Shown here one piece after another: positions 33,695 through 44,083 of a stretch of 64,000 bases of DNA. The position numbers and the translations under genes were made by a program. The number at the start of each line of letters is the position of its first letter. The first letter of the stretch is position 1. The stretch spans positions 14,629 through 78,628 of the forward strand of contig CAMTVY010000011.1 in NCBI GenBank assembly GCA_947085325.1, in the 5' to 3' direction. The notes under the pieces were generated by a model. The model had not been told where the DNA came from. It saw nothing but the letters and a program-made list of their open reading frames with translations, and made no database searches. This DNA is from an uncultured Gammaproteobacteria bacterium. GTDB lineage: Bacteria; Pseudomonadota; Gammaproteobacteria; SURF-13.

Positions 33695-33700
33695 TACACT

Positions 33701-34780
33701 ATGACTAACGAGAACTTTCCCGGCCGCTACTGGCACAAACTGGACGATGGCCGCATCCAGTGCGACCTCTGCCCGCGCGACTGCAAACTGCACGAGGGCC
33801 AGCGCGGCGCCTGCTTTGTGCGCAGCCGCATCGGCGACCAGATGGTGCTTACGACCTACGGGCGTTCGTCCGGTTTCTGCGTAGACCCGATCGAGAAAAA
33901 GCCGCTCAATCATTTTTATCCCGGCAGCAGCGTATTTTCCTTCGGCACCGCGGGCTGCAATCTCGCCTGCAAGTTTTGCCAGAACTGGGATATTTCCAAA
34001 TCGCGCGACTTTGATCGCCTGACAGACGAAGCAGGCCCGGAAGCCATCGCGCGCAAAGCCCACAACCTCGGCTGCAAGAGCGTGGCGTTTACCTATAACG
34101 ATCCGGTGATCTTCGCCGAATATGCGATGGACGTCGCGGATGCCTGTCACGCGTACGGCATTCAGACCGTGGCGGTGACTGCGGGGTATATGCACGCCGA
34201 ACCGCGGCGTGATTTTTACGCCAAGATAGATGCCGCCAACGTAGACCTGAAGGCGTTCACCGAGGAGTTTTACTACAAACTCACCGGCGCCCACCTTGCG
34301 CCGGTGCTGGAAACGCTCAAGTATTTGAAGCACGAGACCCAGGTGTGGTTTGAAATCACCACGCTGCTCATCCCGGGCCACAATGACTCCGACGCCGAGC
34401 TTACCCACATGAGCGAGTGGATCATGGAAAACCTGGGCCCCGACGTGCCGCTGCACTTCAGCGCCTTTCATCCCGACTACAAGATGCTCGACATACCGCC
34501 CACGCCCGCCGCGACACTACAGCGTGCGCGCCGCATCGCCATGAATGCCGGGCTGCATTACGTATACACCGGCAACGTGCACGACCCCGAAGGCGACACG
34601 ACGTATTGCGTGCAGTGCAAGACGCCGCTCATTGTGCGTGACTGGTACGAGATTCTGGAATACCGCGTAACGCCGCAAGGCCAGTGCCCGCAATGCCACA
34701 CGCCGCTGGCGGGAAGATTCGACGCGCAGGCCGGCCACTTCGGGCGCCACCGCATTCCGGTCGCCATGCACGCGGACTGA
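33701..34780 (+). CDS. amrS: AmmeMemoRadiSam system radical SAM enzyme
   Basis: ORF 33593..34780, whose first 36 codons are read-through of the repeat element. The ATG at 33701 gives MTNENFPGRYWHKLDDGRIQCDLCPRDCKL. An N-terminal Cys cluster is followed by the radical-SAM CNLACKFCQNW motif. Confidence 0.88.
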   Translation: MTNENFPGRYWHKLDDGRIQCDLCPRDCKLHEGQRGACFVRSRIGDQMVLTTYGRSSGFCVDPIEKKPLNHFYPGSSVFSFGTAGCNLACKFCQNWDISKSRDFDRLTDEAGPEAIARKAHNLGCKSVAFTYNDPVIFAEYAMDVADACHAYGIQTVAVTAGYMHAEPRRDFYAKIDAANVDLKAFTEEFYYKLTGAHLAPVLETLKYLKHETQVWFEITTLLIPGHNDSDAELTHMSEWIMENLGPDVPLHFSAFHPDYKMLDIPPTPAATLQRARRIAMNAGLHYVYTGNVHDPEGDTTYCVQCKTPLIVRDWYEILEYRVTPQGQCPQCHTPLAGRFDAQAGHFGRHRIPVAMHAD

Positions 34781-34790
34781 AGGCGCAGGT

Positions 34791-36482
34791 TCAGCGGATA
34801 TAGGCTTCGGCGGCGTAACGGCGCATCATGCGGTGGCTGTTGAAATAGCAGGCGTTCTTGCTGATCGCTCCCTTCATCACGCCGATCCACCCGGCACGGT
34901 TGCTGTAGTACAGCGGCAGCACGACTTGTTCGAGCTTTTGATAAAGCGTCACCGCATCATCGGAATTTTTCGATTCGCTGGAATCGCCGATCGCCCAACC
35001 GGTTACGCCTTCGATGCAGCCCTCCACCCACCAGCCGTCCAGCACACTCAACTGCGGTACGCCATTAAAAGCGGCCTTCATGCCGCTGGTACCGGAGGCC
35101 TCCAACGGGCGCAGCGGCGTGTTGAGCCACACGTCCACGCCCGCGGTCATGGCCTGCGCCATATCCAGATTGTAATTGGGCAGATAGGCGATGGTGATGC
35201 TGCCCGCGAGTTCGCGCATATGTTGATGGAGCAGCCCGATCAGACGCTTGCCGCCTTCATCATGCGGATGCGCCTTGCCCGCGAGCACCAGTTGAAACGG
35301 GCGTTCCTGCGCGATCGCCTTGAGGCGCGCCAGATCGGTGAACAGCAGATCAGGGCGCTTGTAGTCCGTCATGCGCCGCGCGAAACCGAGCGTCAGCACA
35401 CTCAAGTTCAGATTCACGCCGGTCAGGGTTTTGACTTTTCCGACGAGTGCGCGCTTGGCCTCCATATGCGCCGTCCAGATCGCATCTTCCGGGATGCGGT
35501 CGGCGCGTGACAGGAGTTCCGGCTCGTGACACCAGCCGGGCAGATAATGATCGTAGAGTTTTGCAAAGGCCGGCGCCGACCATGAATAAGGATGCACACC
35601 GTTGGTCACGGCATGCACGCTGTAACCCGGAAACATTTTCTGCGACACCTCGGCATGGCGCTTGGCCACACCGTTGACAAACTGGCTCAGGTTGAGCGCA
35701 AGCCGCGTCATATTAAGCGCATCTTTCCCGGCCAGCGACTTGAGCGTGGGCAGATCAACGAAATCGTTCAGCACCCGTTCCACAAGAGCGTAGGGAAACT
35801 GATCGTGCCCCGCCTCCACCGGCGTATGCGTGGTGAAGTTGCACTGCTCGCGCACGCGCGGCATGTTGTACGGTGATTCGCCCGGCCGCAAATCCTCAGG
35901 CGAATAGGCATAACGGCGCAGCAGCTCCAGCGCAAGCAGCGCGGAGTGGCCCTCATTCATATGATACTGCCGCACGTTGAACCCGAGCGCCTGCAGCATG
36001 CGCGCGCCGCCTATCCCCAGCACCGCCTCCTGCTTCAAGCGGTAAGCGGCATCGCCGCCGTACAAATAACGGGTGATATCCCGGTCTGCGGGAAGATTGA
36101 TCTCCAGATTGGTATCCAGCAGGATGACCGGCACCCGCCCGCCCATGTGGCCCTCCAGGATGTAGAGCCAGCCGAATACCCATACATTGCGCCCTTCGAT
36201 CTGCACCGCCACCGCCGCGGTGAGCGGTGTCGCCCAGCGGCTTGGATCCCAGTCATCGGGATGCTCGATCTGCCGGCCTTGGGGATCGATTTCCTGCCGG
36301 AAATAACCCGCGCGACTCACCAGCGTCACCGCGACCAATGGCAGCTCCAGATCCGCACTGGAGCGCACGGTGTCGCCCGCCAATACGCCTAAACCCCCGC
36401 TGTAGGTCGGGATTTCATTGCGCAACGCAATCTCCATGGAAAAGTAGGCGATGCGCGGATCATGAAGGAATTGATTAAGCAT
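34791..36482 (-). CDS. glgP: alpha-glucan (glycogen/maltodextrin) phosphorylase, short GT35 form
   Basis: ORF 34791..36515. MLNQFLHDPRIAYFSMEIALRNEIPTYSGGLGVLAGD starts at 36482. The EASGTSGMKA pyridoxal-lysine motif is present. Confidence 0.88.
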   Translation of the reverse strand: MLNQFLHDPRIAYFSMEIALRNEIPTYSGGLGVLAGDTVRSSADLELPLVAVTLVSRAGYFRQEIDPQGRQIEHPDDWDPSRWATPLTAAVAVQIEGRNVWVFGWLYILEGHMGGRVPVILLDTNLEINLPADRDITRYLYGGDAAYRLKQEAVLGIGGARMLQALGFNVRQYHMNEGHSALLALELLRRYAYSPEDLRPGESPYNMPRVREQCNFTTHTPVEAGHDQFPYALVERVLNDFVDLPTLKSLAGKDALNMTRLALNLSQFVNGVAKRHAEVSQKMFPGYSVHAVTNGVHPYSWSAPAFAKLYDHYLPGWCHEPELLSRADRIPEDAIWTAHMEAKRALVGKVKTLTGVNLNLSVLTLGFARRMTDYKRPDLLFTDLARLKAIAQERPFQLVLAGKAHPHDEGGKRLIGLLHQHMRELAGSITIAYLPNYNLDMAQAMTAGVDVWLNTPLRPLEASGTSGMKAAFNGVPQLSVLDGWWVEGCIEGVTGWAIGDSSESKNSDDAVTLYQKLEQVVLPLYYSNRAGWIGVMKGAISKNACYFNSHRMMRRYAAEAYIR

Positions 36483-36672
36483 GGCGCTGGCAGTCAGACA
36501 GGATCGTTTACGCAATGACCAGACAGCGTCGCGGAGCGGGTGTAACCGCTACTGGCCCGGGTTGGCCCAACAGCTTGATGCGAGCGCCACAAAGCAGCAT
36601 GGTGGTGAGCCCTCAGATCAGCCAAGACATATGCAGCAGATGCTACGCGCCATTTTGGCGCAATGCAAAACG

Positions 36673-38058
36673 CTATTCCCTGCGCCAGGTAGTCCCGGCA
36701 GAGCCGTCTTCCAGAATGATATTGTTCTCGTGCAACAGATCGCGGATACGGTCGGACTCTGCCCAGTCTTTGTTTTTGCGCGCACTGTTGCGCTCCGTGA
36801 TGAGGCGCTCTACATCTTCCTTGCCGAGCACGGCGTGCTCCCGTGAACCGGTCTGCAGATAAATCTCCGCATCGCCCTGCACCAGACCGAGCACGGCGCC
36901 CAAACGGCGTAGCGCACCTGCCAGCCGCGCGGCTTCATCCACATCATGCAGACGTATCTTGTTAATGTCACGCGCGAGATCAAACAACACGGCGAGCGCC
37001 ACCGGCGTATTGAAATCATCGTCCATTGCGGCGTGAAAACGCGCTGCATAATCATCGCTGCCGCTGACATTTACCAGGGGCAGGCCGCGCAGCGCAGTAT
37101 AAAGGCGCGTGAGCGCGGCGCGTGCATTGTCGAGGTTTTCATGTGAGTAGTTGAGCGGCCCGCGATAATGACTGGACAGGATAAAATAACGTATCTCTTC
37201 GGGATGATAGTGCTTCAGCACCTCGCGTACGGTAAAAAAATTACCGAGCGACTTTGACATCTTTTCATCATCCACGCGCACAAAGCCGTTGTGCATCCAC
37301 ACATTGACGAATTTGTGGCCGCTGGCGCCTTCGGACTGGGCGATTTCATTTTCATGGTGCGGAAACATCAGATCCAGCCCACCACCATGAATATCGAAGT
37401 GGTCGCCCAGGCAGTGCATGGACATGGCGGAACATTCGATGTGCCAGCCGGGACGGCCCCGGCCCCAGGGCGACTCCCAGCTCGGCTCATCCGGCTTGGC
37501 CGCCTTCCACAGCACAAAATCGAGCGGATCATGCTTGGCCTCGTCGATTTCCACACGCGCGCCCGCACGCAGGTCTTCCAGATGCTTGCCCGAGAGTTGG
37601 CCGTAACCTTTAAAGCGGCTTACTGCGTAATACACATCGCCGTTGTGCGCAGCGTAGGCGTAACCTTTTTTCACCAACGCTTCGATCAGCGCAATAATGT
37701 CGCCGATGTGTTGCGTCGCACGCGGCTCGGCATCCGGTCGCGCCACGCCCAATTTGTCCGCATCCTCGTTCATCGCCTGAATGAAGCGCGCGGTCAGCGC
37801 ACCCATTTCTTCGCCGTTTTCCTGCGCGCGCCGGATGATCTTGTCGTCGATGTCGGTGATGTTACGCACATAGGTCACGTCGTAACCCAGGCTGCGCAGG
37901 TGGCGCACTACGGTGTCGAACACCACCAGCACGCGCGCATGGCCGAGATGGCAATAGTCGTACACCGTCATCCCGCAGACATAGAGGCGCACCTTGCCGG
38001 GCGTGATGGGGACAAACGGCTCTTTGGCCCTGGTGAGGCTGTTATGAATATGCAGCAT
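36673..38058 (-). CDS. cysS: cysteine--tRNA ligase
   Basis: 461 aa. The HIGH motif reads CHLGHARV and KMSKS is present. [16 protein letters not shown]-terminus. Confidence 0.97.
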   Translation of the reverse strand: MLHIHNSLTRAKEPFVPITPGKVRLYVCGMTVYDYCHLGHARVLVVFDTVVRHLRSLGYDVTYVRNITDIDDKIIRRAQENGEEMGALTARFIQAMNEDADKLGVARPDAEPRATQHIGDIIALIEALVKKGYAYAAHNGDVYYAVSRFKGYGQLSGKHLEDLRAGARVEIDEAKHDPLDFVLWKAAKPDEPSWESPWGRGRPGWHIECSAMSMHCLGDHFDIHGGGLDLMFPHHENEIAQSEGASGHKFVNVWMHNGFVRVDDEKMSKSLGNFFTVREVLKHYHPEEIRYFILSSHYRGPLNYSHENLDNARAALTRLYTALRGLPLVNVSGSDDYAARFHAAMDDDFNTPVALAVLFDLARDINKIRLHDVDEAARLAGALRRLGAVLGLVQGDAEIYLQTGSREHAVLGKEDVERLITERNSARKNKDWAESDRIRDLLHENNIILEDGSAGTTWRRE

Positions 38059-38110
38059 AAAACGCAGTCACATGTCTTCGCATCGAGGCCATGATGCTTG
38101 ATTAAAAACT

Positions 38111-38190
38111 TCAACGCAAAGCCGCCAAGACGCAAAGATTTTTATTAACATAAATTTGGTGTTCTCTGCGTCTTGGCGGCTTTGCGTTGA
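38111..38190. repeat. octamer-array inverted repeat (REP-like hairpin), copy 3
   Basis: TCAACGCAAAGCCGCCAAGACGCAAAG ... CTCTGCGTCTTGGCGGCTTTGCGTTGA forms a 24-bp perfect stem with an AT-rich loop. Lies in the gltX-cysS spacer. Confidence 0.88.
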
Positions 38191-38218
38191 GTATTTGTAG
38201 AGGACAGGCATTCCCACC

Positions 38219-39634
38219 CTACCTTTTAATAATCAGTGCCGCTTCAAGACGGTTACGGGCGCGCCCCGCGCCCATCAGCGGCAGCAGGCGCACCATCTCA
38301 GGCCCGCCGAGTTCGCCGGTGAGTGCCGCGCGCAACGGCTGATAGAGCGCCTTTCCGTTCGCGCCCGTGGCGGTCTTCAACATCTGCGCGAGCGCCTTGA
38401 AATCCTGCGGATTCTGCTCCAGCGCGTGCAGCGCGTGTTCGAAGAAATGTCTCTCCGCTTGCTGGATCACGCCGCGCGCGGTCTGGCTCAGATCCAGCGG
38501 ATCGTGGTAAATAATGCGCGCCCACAACAAAGCGTGCGGCGGCAACCCGATGTTGGGGCGCACCGCGTCGATGAAGTCCTGCTGCTGCGGCTCCGGCACC
38601 AGCGCGTGCACCTCCTCACCCATCCAGCGCCAGAGTGCGTCCGCGCTCGCATGCGCAATCGCCTCCTGCTGCCAGTGCTGCAACTGCACGGGGTCGAAGC
38701 GCACCGGCGAACGTCCCAGTTTACCGGCGTTGAAACCCGCCGCCAGCGCATCGAGGTCGAGCAAGGCGTCGATGTCATAGTGATGCCCGAGACGCGCGAG
38801 ATAGTTGGTAACCGCCGCCGCGAAATAGCCCGAATCACGCAGCTCGCGCACGCTGCGGCTGCCGTGACGCTTGGACAACGGCGCACCGTCGGCGCCCACG
38901 ATCAGCGACAAATGACCGTAGTGCGGCACCGCGAGCCGCAGCGCATGCAGCAGCAGGATTTGCCTCGGTGTGTTGGTCAGGTGATCTTCGCCGCGCAGCA
39001 CGTGTGTAACTCCCATCAGGGCGTCATCAAGGGCGTTGCTGAAAAAAAACGCCGCCGTCCCATCGGCGCGGCGGATGATGAAATCGCCGATGTCATTACT
39101 CGCAAAGCGCTGCGGGCCGCGCACCAGATCGTCGAACTCCACCTGCTTGCCGCGCGGCACACGGAAGCGCAGCGTGGGCAGTTCGCCCTGAGCAAGCCTC
39201 GTCCTGATCTGCTCCGGCGTAAGCGCAGCACAGGTGCCCGCGTAACGCGGCGGCTGGCCGGCATTGATCTGCGCCTTGCGCGAGAGCGCAAGCTCCTGCG
39301 TGCTGCAAAAGCAGGGATACACCAGCGCGGCGGCTTCGAGGCGTTCAAAATACTCCTGATAGATGGCCGTGCGCTCAGACTGCATATAAGGCCCGTCCGT
39401 ACCACCTGCGTGCGGGCCCTCCTGCCAGTCGAGCCTGAGCCAGTGCAAATCTTCTTCGACCGCCTCGATATAGCGCGTTTCGCAGCGCTCCCGGTCGGTG
39501 TCTTCAATCCGCAACAGAAAAACACCCCGCGTGTGCCGTGCAAGCAACGCACAGAAGAGCGCGATACGGGCGTTGCCCATGTGCAGGAATCCACTCGGGC
39601 TGGGTGCGAAACGGGTTTTCATGTGTTTTGTCAT
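38219..39634 (-). CDS. gltX: glutamate--tRNA ligase
   Basis: ORF 38219..39655. FAPSPSGFLHMGNARIALF is the HIGH region, and LSKRHG is KMSKS-like. At ~470 aa it is full-length GltX rather than GluQ-RS. The start is at 39634 or 39622. Confidence 0.93.
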   Translation of the reverse strand: MTKHMKTRFAPSPSGFLHMGNARIALFCALLARHTRGVFLLRIEDTDRERCETRYIEAVEEDLHWLRLDWQEGPHAGGTDGPYMQSERTAIYQEYFERLEAAALVYPCFCSTQELALSRKAQINAGQPPRYAGTCAALTPEQIRTRLAQGELPTLRFRVPRGKQVEFDDLVRGPQRFASNDIGDFIIRRADGTAAFFFSNALDDALMGVTHVLRGEDHLTNTPRQILLLHALRLAVPHYGHLSLIVGADGAPLSKRHGSRSVRELRDSGYFAAAVTNYLARLGHHYDIDALLDLDALAAGFNAGKLGRSPVRFDPVQLQHWQQEAIAHASADALWRWMGEEVHALVPEPQQQDFIDAVRPNIGLPPHALLWARIIYHDPLDLSQTARGVIQQAERHFFEHALHALEQNPQDFKALAQMLKTATGANGKALYQPLRAALTGELGGPEMVRLLPLMGAGRARNRLEAALIIKR

Positions 39635-39738
39635 TGTGGTCTGCCATACTAACAAAAATGCAGGGCCTTTCCATCCTGGCTGAGACGGATTATCATCGTA
39701 TAACGTCGTACCAAGAGCAGACCAAGGAGTACCGCGCC

Positions 39739-40422
39739 ATGAGATATTCGTTCACAGCCCTGGTTCTCGCTGCATTGCTTGCCTCCACCGGGATCTACAC
39801 CCAAGCCGGGGAAGCTACACCCTCTTATGTGCGCATCCAGACCAGTCAGGGTGACATTCTGATCGAACTCGACAGTGCCAGCGCACCCAAATCCGTCGAG
39901 AATTTTTTGACCTATGTGCGCGAAGGCGGCTATAACGGCACCATCTTTCACCGCGTGATCGGAGACTTCGTGGTTCAGGGTGGCTCTTTCACACCCGACT
40001 TCGAGCCACGTCCTACACACAACCCCATCGCCACTGAAGCCACCAATGGCCTCCTGAACAAACGCGGCACGGTAGCCATGGCACGCAGCAAAGACCATGA
40101 TTCTGCCACCAACCAGTTTTTCATCAATCTCAGCGACAACATCCACCTCAACCATCATGCACCTACACCGGGGTACTGGGGATATACCGTATTCGGCAAG
40201 GTCGTGCAGGGTATGGATGTGGTGGATCGCATCGGCCAGTCTGCCACCGGAAAGGGCGGCCCTTTTCCGGAGGACGTTCCCCAGACCCCTATCGTGATCA
40301 CTCAGGCGAGCCTGGTACCCCCACCAGCACTGATGACGGCACAGGCTGAAGCCGGGGACATCACAGCTGGAACCACCCCCCCCCAACGCGGTGCTGGCGC
40401 AAAAACCACCAAGAACAAATAA
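39739..40422 (+). CDS. ppiA: periplasmic peptidyl-prolyl cis-trans isomerase (cyclophilin type)
   Basis: ORF 39538..40422. The ATG at 39739 is preceded by AAGGAG and gives a signal peptide MRYSFTALVLAALLASTGIYTQA followed by a cyclophilin core (FHRVIGDFVVQGG). About 35 aa of low-complexity C-terminal tail follow. Confidence 0.9.
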   Translation: MRYSFTALVLAALLASTGIYTQAGEATPSYVRIQTSQGDILIELDSASAPKSVENFLTYVREGGYNGTIFHRVIGDFVVQGGSFTPDFEPRPTHNPIATEATNGLLNKRGTVAMARSKDHDSATNQFFINLSDNIHLNHHAPTPGYWGYTVFGKVVQGMDVVDRIGQSATGKGGPFPEDVPQTPIVITQASLVPPPALMTAQAEAGDITAGTTPPQRGAGAKTTKNK

Positions 40423-40484
40423 CCGGCTGCTGCACCACTCACCGCGAGCACATGCATTTGCGCGTGACGCAGCGCAACCTTCTC

Positions 40485-41210
40485 ATGACGTTATTTATCT
40501 CCGACCTGCACCTGTGCGAACAACGCCCCGCGCCCGCCCGGCGATTCCTCCGGTTTCTGGAGCAGGATGCCTGCGACGCGGGGACGCTCTACATCCTCGG
40601 CGACTTGTTTGAGGCCTGGCTGGGTGATGACGACAGGAGTGACTTTCACCGCGAAATTACCCAGGCGCTACACGCATGCGTGAGCCAGGGTACGCCGATT
40701 TTCCTGCTGCACGGTAACCGCGATTTCCTGATCGGCACCGAGTTCGAGCGCCAAACCGGATGCCGGCTGCTGCCTGACCCGAGCGTGATTGATCTCGATG
40801 GCATGCCCGCCCTCATCATGCACGGCGACACGCTATGCACTGACGACCTCGAGTATCAGGAGTTTCGCGTTACTGTGCGCGATCCGCAATGGCAGCAGAA
40901 GTTTCTTGCCCAGCCCCTGTCGCAACGGCGTGAGATCGCCCGGCATCTGCGCGATGAATCGCAGATGAGAACGCGCGAAAAACCGGAGCAGATCATGGAT
41001 GTGAACCAGCAGACAGTCGAACACGTCATGCGCGACCACCATGTCAATCTGCTGATTCACGGCCACACACACCGCCCCGCAATGCACGATTTCACGCTGG
41101 GTGGTGAACCCGCGCGCCGCATCGTACTCGGTGACTGGTACGAACAAGGCAGTGTGCTTGCGCACGATGCGCATGGTTTTATACTCGGCCAGTTGCCGTT
41201 CCGCGCATGA
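40485..41210 (+). CDS. lpxH: UDP-2,3-diacylglucosamine diphosphatase
   Basis: ORF 40452..41210. [10 protein letters not shown] ... LGDLFEAW ... GNRDFL ... HGHTH are metallophosphatase motifs characteristic of LpxH. Confidence 0.92.
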   Translation: MTLFISDLHLCEQRPAPARRFLRFLEQDACDAGTLYILGDLFEAWLGDDDRSDFHREITQALHACVSQGTPIFLLHGNRDFLIGTEFERQTGCRLLPDPSVIDLDGMPALIMHGDTLCTDDLEYQEFRVTVRDPQWQQKFLAQPLSQRREIARHLRDESQMRTREKPEQIMDVNQQTVEHVMRDHHVNLLIHGHTHRPAMHDFTLGGEPARRIVLGDWYEQGSVLAHDAHGFILGQLPFRA

Positions 41211-42130
41211 GCAGCGCACAAGAAGCTGTCGAGGAACTGCACAGCCCGCGCGACTTCATCCGCTGGGGCGCGAGCCGCTTCAATGAAGCCGGCCTGCATT
41301 TCGGCCACGGCACGGATAATGCCGTGGATGAAGCCGCGAGCCTGGTGCTGCACGCGCTCCACCTGCCGTATGGGGCCCCGCCTGACGCCCTGCTCGCCAC
41401 CCTCACGCAGCGCGAGAAACAGACGGTCGTGGACTTGCTTATGCGGCGTATCAGCGAGCGCCTGCCCGCCCCCTATCTCATACACGAGGCCTGGTTCGCG
41501 GGCCTGAGTTTTTACGTCGATGAGCGCGTGCTCGTCCCGCGCTCACCCATCGCCGAACTCATTGAAAACCAGTTTGCGCCCTGGATCGCTGAACCAGCGG
41601 TGCACTATATCCTTGATCTCTGCACCGGCAGCGGCTGCATCGCCATCGCCTGCGCCTATGCCTTCCCGCATGCGGCTGTCGATGCCACCGACATCTCTCC
41701 CGCCGCACTCGAAGTCACCGCAACCAACATCGCGCGGCATGGCGTCAACGACCGCGTGCATGGTGTGCTCTCTGACGTCTTCGACGCACTCGAAAACAGT
41801 ACCTACGACATCATCGTCAGCAACCCGCCCTATGTCGATGCTGACGACATGGCGGCACTGCCGGCGGAATTCCACCACGAGCCGTCACTCGGTCTCAAGG
41901 CGGGTACGGATGGCCTCGACATCGTGCGCCGCATCCTGCGGGAAGCACACCGCCACCTCAACCCCGGCGGCATTCTGGTGGTCGAAGTCGGTAACAGTGA
42001 GCAGGCGCTGCTGGAGTGCTTTCCGGATGTGCCGTTCGTGTGGCCCGAGTTCGAACGTGGCGGTGGTGGCGTGTTTCTGCTCACGCAGGAGCAGGTAGCG
42101 GAATATCAGGAGGTCTTCAGCAGAAGTTAA
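41207..42130 (+). CDS. prmB: 50S ribosomal protein L3 N5-glutamine methyltransferase
   Basis: 307 aa. SAM motif [12 protein letters not shown] and NPPY. PrmB-type N-terminus. Confidence 0.9.
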   Translation: MSSAQEAVEELHSPRDFIRWGASRFNEAGLHFGHGTDNAVDEAASLVLHALHLPYGAPPDALLATLTQREKQTVVDLLMRRISERLPAPYLIHEAWFAGLSFYVDERVLVPRSPIAELIENQFAPWIAEPAVHYILDLCTGSGCIAIACAYAFPHAAVDATDISPAALEVTATNIARHGVNDRVHGVLSDVFDALENSTYDIIVSNPPYVDADDMAALPAEFHHEPSLGLKAGTDGLDIVRRILREAHRHLNPGGILVVEVGNSEQALLECFPDVPFVWPEFERGGGGVFLLTQEQVAEYQEVFSRS

Positions 42131-42280
42131 CGGCTTCATTCATACGCCGGGGGCGGTAACTTGTTACAGCGCCCGGTCACCTTCAGCGTCACTCCCGCAG
42201 GCGACAAGGGCTGTGGAAACAGAAACCCCTACACAGACAGCTATAGCCTATTCTGCTGGCTTACTAACGCCTAAAGATTA

Positions 42281-42300
42281 GCTCCCCGGGACGGACTCGA
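42281..42300 (-). repeat. orphan duplicate of the tRNA-Asn 3' end (att-like)
   Basis: GCTCCCCGGGACGGACTCGA at 42281-42300 is identical to 42391-42410 inside the tRNA-Asn gene. There is no 5' half and no CCA. Confidence 0.85.
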
Positions 42301-42388
42301 CCGTTTCGCCGGGAGCCAAACGGGACGCGCGTAGCGCGCCCAATTGAAGCAATAATGGCTTACGACTCTGTATTACTCAACTTAAGCT

Positions 42389-42464
<76 letters not shown>

Positions 42465-42479
42465 ATGTGAGGGGCTGTA

Positions 42480-42508
42480 ATGGTAAGGGTGCGGGGGTGT
42501 CAGGTCAA
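42480..42508 (-). promoter_or_regulatory. sigma70-type promoter of tRNA-Asn
   Basis: On the minus strand: TTGACC (42508-42503), 17-nt spacer, TACCAT (42485-42480), then 15 nt to the tRNA 5' end. Confidence 0.55.
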
Positions 42509-42601
42509 GAAAAAGCGCGTCACTGCATGGCTGTGCGAACAGCGTGCTGCGCTTCTTGCTGATGCTCCCGGCACACCGTTTACCCCTGCTATACTGCGCG
42601 C

Positions 42602-44083
42602 ATGGAACAAAAACCGCCAGCGCACACCACTGAAAAACAGGCTTTGCTCGCCGCGCTGCATGCCATCCTCCCCGATGCCAGTCTGCTGGTACACGAAGAA
42701 GACCTGCGGCCTTATGAAAGCGACGGCCTGACGGCCTACCGCGCCCTGCCGGGCGTCGTGTGCCTGCCCGACACGCTGGAGCAGGTGCAGCAGATCCTGC
42801 GCCTGTGCCACCAGATGCACTGCCCGGTGGTGGCGCGCGGTGCAGGCACGGGCCTGTCGGGCGGCGCGCTGCCGCTGGAGAACGGTGTGCTGCTGTCACT
42901 GGCGAAGTTCACCTGCATCCTCGACATGGATCCGGACAATCGCACCGCACGCGTACAGTGCGGCGTACGCAATCTCGCCATCTCCGAAGCCGCCGCAGCG
43001 CATGGCCTGTATTACGCGCCCGACCCCTCGTCGCAGATCGCCTGCACCATCGGCGGCAATGTCGCAGAAAATGCCGGCGGCGTGCACTGCCTGAAATACG
43101 GCCTCACCGTACACAACGTACTCGGCCTCAAGCTGGTCACCATGGAAGGCGATCTGCTGGAGCTGGGCGGCAAGACGCTGGATGCGCCGGGCTATGATCT
43201 GCTCGCACTGTTGCATGGCTCTGAAGGCCTGCTGGGCGTGATCGTCGAGGTCACCGTGAAGCTGCTGCCCCGCCCGGAACGCACACAGGTCGCGCTGGCG
43301 GCATTTGATGATGTCGCCAGCGCGGCAGAGGCCGTTGCAGCCATTATCGGCGCAGGCATTATCCCTGCCGGCCTGGAGATGATGGACAATCTCGCCCTCT
43401 GCGCCGCTGAGGATTATGCCCACGCCGGGTACCCTGTCGACGCCGCTGCCATCCTGTTGTGTGAGCTTGACGGCGCTGACGAAGAGGTCTCCGATCTCAT
43501 CATGCAGGTGCGCACGCTGTTGCTTGCCAACGGCGCCACCGAAGTACGCACCGCGCTCGACGACGCCGAACGGCGCAAGATGTGGGCCGGGCGCAAGGCC
43601 GCCTTCCCCGCCGTGGGCCGCCTCGCGCCCGACTACTACTGCATGGACGGCACCATCCCGCGCCGTCGCCTGTCCGAAGCGCTGGCAGGCATTGCCGCAC
43701 TTTCACAGCACTACAATCTGCGCGTCGCCAACGTGTTTCATGCCGGGGATGGCAACCTGCATCCCTTGATACTCTACGATGCCAACAGTCCCGGCGAGTT
43801 GCAGCGCACCGAGGAGATGGGCGGGAAAATACTGGAACTATGTATCGCAGTCGGCGGCACCATCACCGGCGAACACGGTGTGGGCGTGGAAAAACTCGAC
43901 CAGATGTGCGTACAGTTCGGCACTGCGGAGCTTGACCAGTTCCACGACCTCAAGCACACCTTCGACCCCAAGGAACTGCTCAACCCGGGCAAGGCCGTGC
44001 CTACCTTGCAGCGCTGCGCCGAGTTCGGCGCCATGCACGTGCACCACGGCAAGCTCGCGTTCCCGGAACTGGAGCGCTTCTGA
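42602..44083 (+). CDS. glcD: glycolate oxidase subunit GlcD (FAD-linked)
   Basis: 493 aa. FAD-binding PCMH domain (VVARGAGTGLSGGALP) and a C-terminal GEHGVG motif. Confidence 0.92.
   Translation: MEQKPPAHTTEKQALLAALHAILPDASLLVHEEDLRPYESDGLTAYRALPGVVCLPDTLEQVQQILRLCHQMHCPVVARGAGTGLSGGALPLENGVLLSLAKFTCILDMDPDNRTARVQCGVRNLAISEAAAAHGLYYAPDPSSQIACTIGGNVAENAGGVHCLKYGLTVHNVLGLKLVTMEGDLLELGGKTLDAPGYDLLALLHGSEGLLGVIVEVTVKLLPRPERTQVALAAFDDVASAAEAVAAIIGAGIIPAGLEMMDNLALCAAEDYAHAGYPVDAAAILLCELDGADEEVSDLIMQVRTLLLANGATEVRTALDDAERRKMWAGRKAAFPAVGRLAPDYYCMDGTIPRRRLSEALAGIAALSQHYNLRVANVFHAGDGNLHPLILYDANSPGELQRTEEMGGKILELCIAVGGTITGEHGVGVEKLDQMCVQFGTAELDQFHDLKHTFDPKELLNPGKAVPTLQRCAEFGAMHVHHGKLAFPELERF

Noticed and set aside
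33593-33700. N-terminal extensions offered by the ORF track: amrS from 33593, tal to 27734, ppiA from 39538, uvrB from 48981, thrS from 52249, lpxH from 40452, glgP to 36515, aroA to 3312.
   Set aside because: In each case the extension is non-homologous to the family N-terminus and either reads through a repeat element or a neighbouring gene. An internal ATG with a good Shine-Dalgarno sequence reproduces the canonical N-terminus.
42281-42345. A second tRNA-Asn gene or pseudogene downstream of the real one.
   Set aside because: Only the 3' acceptor/T-arm 20-mer is duplicated. The T-loop is one nt short, the fragment ends GAGC-TAA instead of GAGCCA, and no D-arm or anticodon arm can be drawn. 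It is treated as an att-like duplicate.
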